Source: Candidatus Poribacteria bacterium (GTDB lineage: Bacteria; Poribacteria; WGA-4E; PCPOR2b). From it: a stretch of 64,000 nucleotides of DNA. The translations under genes and the position numbers were made by a program. Positions 42,868 to 52,002 of this stretch are shown here, one piece after another. The stretch lies in the NCBI GenBank assembly GCA_965208325.1, contig OZ242326.1, forward strand, positions 3,552,001 to 3,616,000, read 5' to 3'. The first letter of the stretch is position 1; every line of letters begins with the position of its first letter. Below the pieces are notes generated by a model, which saw nothing but the letters and a program-made list of their open reading frames with translations, was not told where the DNA came from and ran no database searches.

Positions 42868-43827
42868 TTATTGTAATCCTTCTTCGGCTTTTCTTGCGTA
42901 TATTGCCCACAGGACAAAGCTGGTTGTTTGCAAATTTGCCTTTGAACTCTCAAGCTCGATTGGCGTAGCACTGACAAAACTCCCATCTTCCTGCTGGACG
43001 CTCCGCAAATAACCGATAGCGACCTTGTCGGCGTTTAGGGGATCGCCGCCCGCAACTAGCGCAAGAATGGCGTATGCTGTAATTTCAGGATCACTCGGTT
43101 CATTCTTTCGCCTGCCGAATCCGCCATCCTCATTTTGCATCTGTTTTAACCATGCAAGTTGTGTGTCAATGTCGTAGACCAATGCTAAACCTTGCAAAAC
43201 CCATGCCGTTACGAGAATTTCGGATTTCGCACCTCGCGCCATCGACCAACCGCCGTCTAGGTTAATTCGTTTTTCGAGCCAACCGGCGGCTTTCGGTACG
43301 GGGGAAAAGTTTTGTTTGAATTTAAGTCTTCTAAGACCCGCCAAGACGGCGCCTGTGTAGAGGGGGTTACCGGGTTGGTGCATGCTGCGCCCCCAGCTCC
43401 CATCATCGTTTTGAACCTCTTTTATCCAATTGAGACCCTTGTATTGAGCCTCTGCATCCGTCCCCGCTTTAGCCAGCGCCATTAGAATGAAAATGGTGTG
43501 GGCTGTGTTAGCGTTCCAACTACCGTCTTGTTTCTGATGCTTTATCAGGTAGAGCACGCCTCTACGTATTACACTTGAACCCGTGCCCCAACCCTGAAAC
43601 ATCAACGCTTGCATAACAAACGCTGTGACCTCAACGTCGCTTTCGCCGCCGGCAATGATGGGCCAACCGCCATCGGCATTTTGCGCTTGTACCAGATATG
43701 ACGCCGCAATTTCAGTGGTCTCAAAGATAGATCGTGCGGCAGCGGCCTCTGTCGCGTTGAGGTTCAGGAGTAGTAGCAACGAAAACAGCCAGAAGCTGCG
43801 GAAATGAAAACAAAGATGTTTTTTCAT
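42868..43827 (-). CDS. Secreted prenyltransferase/squalene-cyclase repeat protein
   Basis: Signal peptide; six Q..DG(G/S)W/F-type repeats. Confidence 0.8.
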   Translation of the reverse strand: MKKHLCFHFRSFWLFSLLLLLNLNATEAAAARSIFETTEIAASYLVQAQNADGGWPIIAGGESDVEVTAFVMQALMFQGWGTGSSVIRRGVLYLIKHQKQDGSWNANTAHTIFILMALAKAGTDAEAQYKGLNWIKEVQNDDGSWGRSMHQPGNPLYTGAVLAGLRRLKFKQNFSPVPKAAGWLEKRINLDGGWSMARGAKSEILVTAWVLQGLALVYDIDTQLAWLKQMQNEDGGFGRRKNEPSDPEITAYAILALVAGGDPLNADKVAIGYLRSVQQEDGSFVSATPIELESSKANLQTTSFVLWAIYARKAEEGLQ

Positions 43828-43999
43828 TGGTATTTTCCGAGGAAAATCAAGCCTAAATCGAATCTCCCATGCTGATTTCTAAGTTTGAAGAGTTTTCAAG
43901 ATTTTTCAGGTTTATGATGGAAAAAGCGAACTAAAGGAGTATTTGCAAATTTCGGCACACGGCGTGTGCCTACTACTTTGGGCATTGGGTAAAAACCAA

Positions 44000-45154
44000 C
44001 TAACTAGACCAGATTGGCGTCAAGACCTTCGTCAATTGAAGAAGGCTTTTCAGGTTGTGAGCTGGCAAGAAATGGTCGACATGCAGCAAAGCGGTACGTA
44101 TTCCTCGACAGAGCGGTTGGTAACCTTCGCATCCAAGCAAGGGGTTCAGCCAAATCACTTTGTATGCGCGGCGATGCAACATCTCCATTGCCGTCCGCAG
44201 CAAATTCGGATCGCCTCGATCCCAACCATCACTGATCAAAATTACAACGGACCTGTAGGCTGAGAATGACGGTGCAAACTCCCGATAAAAGGCGATGAGG
44301 CTTTCACCAATTTTTGTTCCGCCTGACCAATCTGGCACGACCTGTGCTATCTCACGAAGTCCGTCTTCGACTGTTTTGCGCCGCAAAATGCCGGTAATGT
44401 TGGTCAGCCGTGTGCTAAAGATTGCCGCCTCGATTTCCACAATTTCTCGCTGCATCCCGAAAATAAACTGGATAAGAAATTTCGAGTAACAGTCCATGGA
44501 AGCGCTGACATCGCAGAGCAGCAAAATTTTGTTCTTCTTAACTTTCCGGCGCTTACGGATTAGCTTCAACGGTTCACCACCGTAGGCAATGTTTTTTCGC
44601 CAACTGCACCGAAAATCGATTGTATCCCCTTTGATGCCAACTTTCCGGCGGCGGCTCAATTTGGTCGCCAGGAGGGACGCAAATTTAGCGATGATTTGGC
44701 GTGCTTCCTCAATGTCGGCCGCTGTGTAATGACTGAAATCCTTTTGGGTCAAAACATCATTAGGACTATACGCGATTGCGTCCTCTTTATCTCTGTCTTC
44801 ATCCTCATCAACCTCCCCCCATTCTCCCAGATTAAACATTTTGTCATCATCAGCGAAACTCTGCGGATCGGATGTCGACTTGGCTTCAATTGCTTCAAGC
44901 GCCAATGCCTTCAAGTCGGGGCGCGGGTGTTGCCAGAACAGATTGAAAGCGGTATCAAAAAGCGCCCGATCTGATTCACTCGCGATCAGGTTTGTTCTGG
45001 CTGCGTGGTAAAAATCGCCGCGCTGCGTTATATCAATCCATTCAAGACTTCGACAAAAGCTAATTTGGTTTGTCGTCGTCACATTTACGCCTATCTGCTT
45101 AAGCAATCGACAGAACACGGCGATTTCTTGAAGGAGGGTGCTTTGATTAACCAT
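44000..45154 (-). CDS. coxE: CoxE-like VWA domain protein
   Basis: DVSASM, FSTRL, WSGGTKIG, ISDGWDRG, WLNPL. Confidence 0.88.
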   Translation of the reverse strand: MVNQSTLLQEIAVFCRLLKQIGVNVTTTNQISFCRSLEWIDITQRGDFYHAARTNLIASESDRALFDTAFNLFWQHPRPDLKALALEAIEAKSTSDPQSFADDDKMFNLGEWGEVDEDEDRDKEDAIAYSPNDVLTQKDFSHYTAADIEEARQIIAKFASLLATKLSRRRKVGIKGDTIDFRCSWRKNIAYGGEPLKLIRKRRKVKKNKILLLCDVSASMDCYSKFLIQFIFGMQREIVEIEAAIFSTRLTNITGILRRKTVEDGLREIAQVVPDWSGGTKIGESLIAFYREFAPSFSAYRSVVILISDGWDRGDPNLLRTAMEMLHRRAYKVIWLNPLLGCEGYQPLCRGIRTALLHVDHFLPAHNLKSLLQLTKVLTPIWSS

Positions 45155-46137
45155 TATAGATTGTTAAATACCCTCAACGACGCCGCTTGCGAGCGAACAG
45201 CAGATTTATCATCTCCAATTTTCTCAAAGATTGTGTCCGGAGGTAGTTTGGCTCTATTTACCAGTTCACCAATGTTAACTTCCCGTACACACTGAATGTC
45301 GTCCTGAAATTTGAAGATACAACCCAGCGTTTCCTCAACGACGTTTGAATCCAATCCATCCTTTCCCAGCGCGATGAGCGCCAGTCCCCAATCCAGCGTC
45401 TCCGCGATTCCCGGTTTTTTATAGTAGTCGCCTTCACGGAAGAACTGCATCATGTTGCAGAGCTGTTGAGCGAGTGCGTCATTGATGTGCGGCAGTTTAG
45501 TCTTGACAATCGACAATTCCTTCTCGACCGAGGGGTAATCAATCCACTGGTAGAGACACCGGCGTTTTAGGGCTTCGTGAACCTCCCGCGTTCGGTTTGA
45601 AGTCAAGACTACGCAAGGGATATGCTTCGCCTCGATAGTCCCGATTTCCGGGATTGTAATCTGAAAATCCGATAAGATTTCAAGGAGGAAAGCTTCAAAC
45701 TCGCTGTCACTTCGATCGACTTCATCAATGAGCAGGACTGGTGGAACTGCGCCATCACTCTGAATAGCTTCGAGGAGTGGGCGCTTTAACAAGAAAACCT
45801 CACTGAAAATGTCTACACCAATCCGATCCTTGTCAATTCCCCGCGCCTCGTCAATTCGTAGTTGAAGCATCTGTTTGGTATAGTTCCATTCGTACAGGGC
45901 ACTGTTCGCATCAAGGCCTTCGTAGCATTGCAGTCGGATAAGTTTCCCGCCTGTTGCATCCGCTAAAACGCGCGCCACTTCTGTTTTACCGACGCCGGAT
46001 TCCCCTTCAAGGAAGATTGGTTTGTTCAGATGACTGGCTAGGAAAACCGTTGTTGCTAACGCTCGGTCAGCAATATAGTGATGATTCGCAAGTGCGTCCT
46101 GTATTGCTTGGATGGAGTGGAACATAATTACGGCCAA
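45154..46137 (-). CDS. coxD: CoxD-like MoxR AAA+ ATPase
   Basis: GESGVGKT, RLQCYEGLD, LIDEVDR, TSNRTRE, ALKRRC. Confidence 0.9.
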   Translation of the reverse strand: MAVIMFHSIQAIQDALANHHYIADRALATTVFLASHLNKPIFLEGESGVGKTEVARVLADATGGKLIRLQCYEGLDANSALYEWNYTKQMLQLRIDEARGIDKDRIGVDIFSEVFLLKRPLLEAIQSDGAVPPVLLIDEVDRSDSEFEAFLLEILSDFQITIPEIGTIEAKHIPCVVLTSNRTREVHEALKRRCLYQWIDYPSVEKELSIVKTKLPHINDALAQQLCNMMQFFREGDYYKKPGIAETLDWGLALIALGKDGLDSNVVEETLGCIFKFQDDIQCVREVNIGELVNRAKLPPDTIFEKIGDDKSAVRSQAASLRVFNNL

Positions 46138-46194
46138 TCCTTCATGGTAATACGGTGCGTGTTACGCATTGCCTAATTCCTAACCGGTACCCTA

Positions 46195-46845
46195 TCAGCG
46201 CACAACCACGTCCCTTAATGCTTCCAAGTAATCTTCACGGTAGTCGATGTCTCTAATCACACGATCGGTATCGACAACGACGTAATGAATGTCGTGCGCA
46301 TACTTTCGAAAAAGCGATCTGACACCGCCGTTCTCCGGTTCAAGCGCGAGGATGTCGGCGGCGTAACGGCGATCGAAAATGACGGGATGTCCTCGTCGAT
46401 TGTCATAGCTCGGAAGCGTAATCCCGCGGTCAGTTTCTGCGTACGCGTCAACTACCAGATTAATTAGATTGGATGTGATGAACGGTTGATCTACGAGCGT
46501 CAGAGCGAAGGCTTCCGCTGAATCGGAAATCGAACGCACGCCGCACTGCGCAGAGGTCAGCATCCCGCTCCGATATTCGGTATTAAACACAATCTTGACC
46601 GGTTTGTGCTCAATGCACGCTTTAACCTTTTCCGCTTCATGCCCTATTACGACAACGACGTCGTCGAGTTTCGATCCCAGCAGGTTATCAGTTACGGTTT
46701 CGATAATGGTACTTCCCTCGAATGGCAGAAGTTGTTTCGGTTCGCCGATGCGAGTGGATAGCCCGGCTGCGAGGATAATTCCCGATATTTTGGGGTTCAT
46801 TTTTGTCAGAATACAGACATAATTCGGCAAAAATTCAGCGTGCAA
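46195..46845 (-). CDS. mocA: Molybdenum cofactor cytidylyltransferase (MocA-like)
   Basis: ILAAGLSTR..PKQLL, VDQP, GHPV, DID; adjacent to coxD and coxE. Confidence 0.85.
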   Translation of the reverse strand: MHAEFLPNYVCILTKMNPKISGIILAAGLSTRIGEPKQLLPFEGSTIIETVTDNLLGSKLDDVVVVIGHEAEKVKACIEHKPVKIVFNTEYRSGMLTSAQCGVRSISDSAEAFALTLVDQPFITSNLINLVVDAYAETDRGITLPSYDNRRGHPVIFDRRYAADILALEPENGGVRSLFRKYAHDIHYVVVDTDRVIRDIDYREDYLEALRDVVVR

Positions 46846-46878
46846 GATTTGTGCTGCGCGTTGTCAGATTCCGATACC

Positions 46879-47199
46879 TCATCGAATTTTGACGGCAGTT
46901 CCGCTCACTGACACCATCAACATGCCATTCCCCTCACCAAGCACTTCATAATCAATGTCAACGCCGACGACAGCATTGGCTCCACGTTCTGCCGCTTCCG
47001 ACTCCATTTCACGCAGGGCGGTCTCGCGGGCATTGACAAGTTTGTCCTCATACGCACCCGCTCTGCCACCAATTATATCCCGGATGCCGGCGAGGAAATC
47101 TCGAAAGATGTTTGCACCCATAATCGCTTCTCCAGTGACGATACCGAGATAGCCGGCAATCTGCTTGCCTTCGATGTTTGGTGTCGTTGTTGTAATCAT
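46879..47199 (-). CDS. UPF0145/YbjQ family protein
   Basis: [33 protein letters not shown]. Confidence 0.93.
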   Translation of the reverse strand: MITTTTPNIEGKQIAGYLGIVTGEAIMGANIFRDFLAGIRDIIGGRAGAYEDKLVNARETALREMESEAAERGANAVVGVDIDYEVLGEGNGMLMVSVSGTAVKIR

Positions 47200-47376
47200 T
47201 ATTTTCCTTTAATGATGTGACTGGAACTCTAGGGTATAAACGACCAGTGCCGCCATCGCACATAGAAACCGAGTTTTTCCAAAAAACTCGGTTTCAGCCG
47301 ACTACTCCCCGCTGACATTGAACAACAGCGCAATAGTTTGGTTGATATGGGTTACCATTTAACAGTTCAATTCTGA

Positions 47377-48252
47377 TTAGGGACTGTTCCCGAATTTTGC
47401 AGCTAAGTTCTCGCCGCTACCGTTGCCTGATAGCACTCCGATTTTCTCGTCGTCGGTTGGAGGTTCTTCTTCCGGTAAGGCAAACCGATATATTCTGTCC
47501 TCATCTGGATTCTCCATTAGGCGGTCAATGTAGGCATAGGGAAGATTGGTTTGCTCTTGTATCTCCTCGCGATTCAAGCCGCTTTTTATCATACCGATTA
47601 CCTCCCCATCAACCCGTTGACGCGCCAAATCGTTTTTAATTTGATCTTCATCGAGGCGCGTTTGTCTTGTTATTTCGTCAAAGCTTTCACCCTCCCACAG
47701 CCTATCCCGGGCTATTTCAGGCCGTATTCGATTAGTGTATTCTTCTATTTCCGCTTGAATTTGCGCTCCTTCTTCGGCTTCCCTTTCTAAGGTTTCTTGC
47801 TCGGTTCGGGTAACGGGCGGATTGACGCTCTTGACGGCTTGAATTAGCGGCAGCAGTGCTTTTGGAAGAAGCGTTAGCCGTTCTTTTGGGCTAAGGGACG
47901 AAATCGTGGGTTCCAAAATGTCAAACGCGGCGTTCAATGCCCTCTCAGACTTGGATTCGAGTTGCCGGATGCGCTTTTCTCGCCCTTTAACATGATTAGC
48001 CTGCATTAGCCCATATTGCTTAGCCCGTTTTTCTGCGTTGTATCGGCTGTCGTTCGGGTTGACGGTGCAGACGGCTTCCTTTGCCCAGCGGTGGTCGGCT
48101 TTCGGATCGCCGGTTGAACGCTCCGGGTACCGAGCGACAAGCGCGTCTGCGACTTCGGCGGTGCTAAAGTCCTGCACAAACAGCACGAGCCATTCAGCGA
48201 GTTCGGATTGCGTTTGATGGTACGGGTTTTTGAAGCTTCGTTTTTCGCTCAT
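47377..48252 (-). CDS. Hypothetical protein with two C-terminal HTH-like repeats
   Basis: 291 aa ORF; GESFDEITRQTRLDEDQI and GLNREEIQEQTNLPYAYI. Confidence 0.55.
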   Translation of the reverse strand: MSEKRSFKNPYHQTQSELAEWLVLFVQDFSTAEVADALVARYPERSTGDPKADHRWAKEAVCTVNPNDSRYNAEKRAKQYGLMQANHVKGREKRIRQLESKSERALNAAFDILEPTISSLSPKERLTLLPKALLPLIQAVKSVNPPVTRTEQETLEREAEEGAQIQAEIEEYTNRIRPEIARDRLWEGESFDEITRQTRLDEDQIKNDLARQRVDGEVIGMIKSGLNREEIQEQTNLPYAYIDRLMENPDEDRIYRFALPEEEPPTDDEKIGVLSGNGSGENLAAKFGNSP

Positions 48253-48403
48253 TTTTTTTGCATTCCCGGGAATTTTGGTTCAATTTTGGGGGATTTTGTC
48301 TATTCGACGGTAAAAGTCATACTAGATATTGCGTTATGCAACAAACCATATTATATCACATTTTGGCTAAATGATGCAGGCAACTTTTTTGACAGAGGTT
48401 TGA

Positions 48404-48526
48404 ACCTAAACAGGAACGGAATGAGTAGTTTTGCAGTAGTAAGCGCAAGAAAAAAGCCGAGAACAGATGTTCCCGGCTAGAGGTGGTAGAAATAAATATC
48501 TTCTAGGTTACTGGTTGATTGTGAGA
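48404..48526. repeat. 123 bp direct repeat, copy 1 (copy 2 at 49677-49799)
   Basis: Both copies share ACCTAAAC, GAACGGAATGAGTAGTT, GCAAGAAAAAAGCCGAGAACAGATGTTCCCGGCT and GTTGATTGTGAGA. Confidence 0.85.
48450..48478 (-). terminator. Rho-independent terminator-like hairpin
   Basis: Minus strand reads AGCCGGGAACATCTGTTCTCGGCTTTTTT (stem followed by a U-tract). Confidence 0.7.
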
Positions 48527-48639
48527 CTGCGCCTGGTGGCGGTCACGCGCCAGATTGAGCGAACTAACATACTCAATCGTAGTTTTTCATGAATCCGAAA
48601 TGTCTTCCATGAATTGAATACCTCGCGAATAACCAAAAG

Positions 48640-48742
48640 CGTTGGGTTACGCGACATCATTACCGCTATGAAATAATTTAAACGTACGAACCGCTTACAA
48701 AATATTGCGCGCTTTTAATGATATCCGCTTAACCCAACCTAC
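48640..48742. repeat. About 103 bp REP-like element
   Basis: CGTTGGGTTACGC...ATCCGCTTAACCCAACCTAC. Confidence 0.75.
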
Positions 48743-48748
48743 AAGTGC

Positions 48749-49279
48749 TCAGCAGCAGTATTTCTCAAGCTCTTTCGCCTCCCGCTCTTTGCAGCAGGCC
48801 TTTTCGGTTTCATCAGCTTCTACTTCTGCAATTGCTTCTATACTCTTGATATAGTCTGCGGGAAGATATGCTTCCCGTGCTCCTTTCAATACATAATTCT
48901 TGTACCAAGAATACGGCTTCAAGCATGGGTCTGTCTTCTTAGGATTAGCATAGTAAGTTACCGCACTTATGGTGGAACCGCAGTCCAATTCCACCGTGAC
49001 GTATTTTTCATAATAACCGCTTCCTAATCCCTCATAACAATCAAGGATTTTTTTGTGTTTGTAATCAATGTCATACACGCGTCCCCATACCACGTCTGCC
49101 GCTGATGAAAGTACAATATCGCACTTGCCGGATTTATCCTTACCCTTCTTGTGAAATTCAAGACGGTGGCAACGGAGTATTGCCCTAGCTATCGGTTGGG
49201 CAGAATCTACTCTTTTTCGAAGTCTTTCTGAGGACATGTTTGAACCATACGCAAAATACTTTGTAGTACCCATTGGCAT
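48749..49279 (-). CDS. Gamma-glutamylcyclotransferase, copy 2
   Basis: YFAYGSNM; long identical stretches with 26944-27450 (e.g. DKSGKCDIVLSSAADVVWGRV); ends YCC. Confidence 0.9.
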   Translation of the reverse strand: MPMGTTKYFAYGSNMSSERLRKRVDSAQPIARAILRCHRLEFHKKGKDKSGKCDIVLSSAADVVWGRVYDIDYKHKKILDCYEGLGSGYYEKYVTVELDCGSTISAVTYYANPKKTDPCLKPYSWYKNYVLKGAREAYLPADYIKSIEAIAEVEADETEKACCKEREAKELEKYCC

Positions 49280-49676
49280 TCCTTTCTACTTTGTTGACAA
49301 AAAAATGTAGGTTTTGTCAAATGGATTCGATTCCGTGATGAAACACGGCTGCAATCCTCATAGGAGTTTCGCACTTTATTAGTAGTGAACGACTATTATT
49401 GTTCCTTAGAGAATAGAGAGATTTATGAGGTATTTAACCTTATAACTTATAATATTTGCGCCTTTTTAAGATGAATCGTCCGCAATGTAGTAGCCATATG
49501 CCGTACGCTGTAACGCTCGCCCTATGCTGCTGACGGGCTTCAAAGCAATAAATGCAAATTTCCGCACAAGGCGTATGCCTACTACTACGCCTTGAATGAT
49601 CAACTTCGTAAGTCCTAAACACATTAACATATTAGGGCTATTTTTTTGCAGGAATGGGGGTTAACACGGGTAAAGC

Positions 49677-49799
49677 ACCTAAACGAGAACGGAATGAGTA
49701 GTTGTGGAGTTGCAAAAGCAAGAAAAAAGCCGAGAACAGATGTTCCCGGCTGGAGGTGTCGGAGATAGATATTTCTCAGCTTCCTCGTTGATTGTGAGA
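49677..49799. repeat. 123 bp direct repeat, copy 2, containing a minus-strand terminator at 49723-49751
   Basis: Matches 48404-48526. Confidence 0.85.
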
Positions 49800-49815
49800 G
49801 TATGCCATACGGTGA

Positions 49816-50007
49816 TTACGCGCCAATTTGTGGTCTAAATTGGCTTGGCAATTTATTGTTATCTTTAGACTTGAGCGTATGTTTGGAATCCTTGTTCTTC
49901 TTCAGCAAGGCTTCCATAAACGGATCTTTAGGCGTAAGTCTTAGGAACCGGTCGCGGAGATATTCGTTGCGCGCCTCCTTTTTGCTTTTATTCTGTTTAT
50001 TTTCCAT
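49816..50007 (-). CDS. Small basic hypothetical protein (63 aa)
   Basis: AAGGAGGT RBS precedes ATG at 50007 (MENKQNKSKK...); followed by the terminator. Confidence 0.5.
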   Translation of the reverse strand: MENKQNKSKKEARNEYLRDRFLRLTPKDPFMEALLKKNKDSKHTLKSKDNNKLPSQFRPQIGA

Positions 50008-50174
50008 TAGTGGTGACCTCCTTTCATGCAATAGTGTACGATGTATCGCTACAACCCGCGCAACCATTATATCACATTCCTCCGCATTTGCCCAATTTGA
50101 TATTCGCATGGACTAGCGCAATATGCGGAGAATGAAGGGTATAAAGTAATCTGTTTTTACGGAGCACAGTTTCT

Positions 50175-50278
50175 GTAGGTTGAGTTAAGGGCGAATTACG
50201 CAAAACGGTTCACACGGCAATTACAGTTGCGAATGCCGAACGATTCGATTTGCATTACACGCCTACGGCAACTCAACG
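50175..50278. repeat. About 104 bp REP-like element, inverse orientation
   Basis: GTAGGTTGAGTTAAG...GCAACTCAACG. Confidence 0.65.
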
Positions 50279-50433
50279 ATTAATGTTGAACGCGAAGTGT
50301 GTTGCTGACCGGTGGTTGCGGAAGACTATCGTAGACGCTAGAAAACTAGTGAAGGCTTGAAAACTATCGCGCAGAGTTTACTATCGCCTTCCCTATTTGC
50401 TCAATTGATCGCCTTTAGTCGCCGTATGGGTTG

Positions 50434-51648
50434 TTACGCCCATTGACGAAACTTGGACTTTTTTAGTATCGACAAAAAGAACCCAGCCTCAACGGAATCA
50501 GGCAAAGGTTTCAATCGCCCTTTGTCAATTTTGTGAAGCACCTTCTTAACGTCGAGTGGTGCACCTTCCGTTAGAGGATCGGTGGAACCTGAAACTATAG
50601 CGTACAATAGCCAGTCCCGTTTCTGTGGGTCTAACGTCTCGTCCGTGCCTTCCACAAATCCTTCACTTGATGTTATCGTCGTGACAAGTTCGGCAGGACT
50701 GGCATTTTCACCTGTCGTGTGTGCTTCAATTAGACTCTTTATCCATGACCGTTCAACCTTGTTAAACGTTCTGTTACACCATTGTACGACCGTATCGGTT
50801 GCTAATTGACCGTCAATCCTTTTATTGATCTTCTTAACGTTCTCATTGAATTCGCGTTTGATTGTAGTGCGCCTCTTATTTGTCGCATCACGTATAACTT
50901 TGGATTCATGAGCAACAATGCCTTCAATCCGCGTTTTAAGTTCTCTGTCTATTTTGTTTAACACCCTCTGGAATGTTGTTCTAGTCGCGCGCATTTTAGC
51001 GTCAATATCTGAGATCGTTTCAATACCTTCTTTTTGAATATCGACAACCGTTCCGCGACCTGCTTTTTTCTCATTATCAATTACGCCTTGAATACGAAGC
51101 CTTGCAGCTCTCCGCGCTTCTTCGCGCTCAACTATCGTATTGGTTTCACGGTTAAGTTTTTTTATGGATTCGTCTTGCGCTATTTTCAGTCTATTGATAA
51201 CAGCATCCGTTTCCGCCTCGATTTCGCCAACTTTTGTTCTTGTCTCCTGCTCTGATAATCCCCGTTTTCTCTGCAACTCTGACAATTCAGCATCCCGTGC
51301 TGTTTCTGTATCAATTCTTAGGTTTTCGGCATCGGCTTTCGCTTGCGCAACTTCAGGACTGGTGTGTTTTATTGCTTTGAGATCTGCCAATAACTCATTT
51401 TCAAGTGCGCGTAAATCTTCATCATGTTTCAATTTAGCCTTGTAAAGTTCGGCATCGCGTTTCTTCTCGTAAGGTGCGCTAACCTCCTCTTTTGCTTCGC
51501 GGACAATCCGAACAATTTCGTCGCTGTTATTCCTTAGGAAGTTTCCTAAATCAGCTTCCGACATCACTCTGTCGTTCATAAGTTCACCAACAAATTCGTA
51601 AAGAACTCTAAACGTTTGGCCGATACCTTCGCGTCCATGTTTCGGCAC
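50434..51648 (-). CDS. Long coiled-coil hypothetical protein, possibly 5'-truncated
   Basis: 404 aa, rich in E/K/R/A helical heptads; weak start context. Confidence 0.55.
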   Translation of the reverse strand: MPKHGREGIGQTFRVLYEFVGELMNDRVMSEADLGNFLRNNSDEIVRIVREAKEEVSAPYEKKRDAELYKAKLKHDEDLRALENELLADLKAIKHTSPEVAQAKADAENLRIDTETARDAELSELQRKRGLSEQETRTKVGEIEAETDAVINRLKIAQDESIKKLNRETNTIVEREEARRAARLRIQGVIDNEKKAGRGTVVDIQKEGIETISDIDAKMRATRTTFQRVLNKIDRELKTRIEGIVAHESKVIRDATNKRRTTIKREFNENVKKINKRIDGQLATDTVVQWCNRTFNKVERSWIKSLIEAHTTGENASPAELVTTITSSEGFVEGTDETLDPQKRDWLLYAIVSGSTDPLTEGAPLDVKKVLHKIDKGRLKPLPDSVEAGFFLSILKKSKFRQWA

Positions 51649-52002
51649 AGGGATTTGAATAAATCAGTGACCTCAAGGAGATCTACGGGGCAGCGGTCAA
51701 AACATTAACAATCCATGTGATTCGTTTGCGGGTCACGACTTTGGAGGTTCCTTTAGTGATTGCGCCTGACCATTTTGCACCAGGCATTTTGCGTTACGTG
51801 TTAGGATCAATTGCCGTTTTCCCAAACGTAGACGACTCGTTGGGTCCCGATACGCAGGTACCAAACGTAGCACAAACGCCATGCTTTCAGTACCCTCTTT
51901 ATCTCTGTATTGCTTGTTTCCCTTTGATCGCCGCACCCAACCTCAAACGAAAACATCAGTTTTATATCGCCCATACCAAATTCATCACCGTTCACTTATT
52001 GG

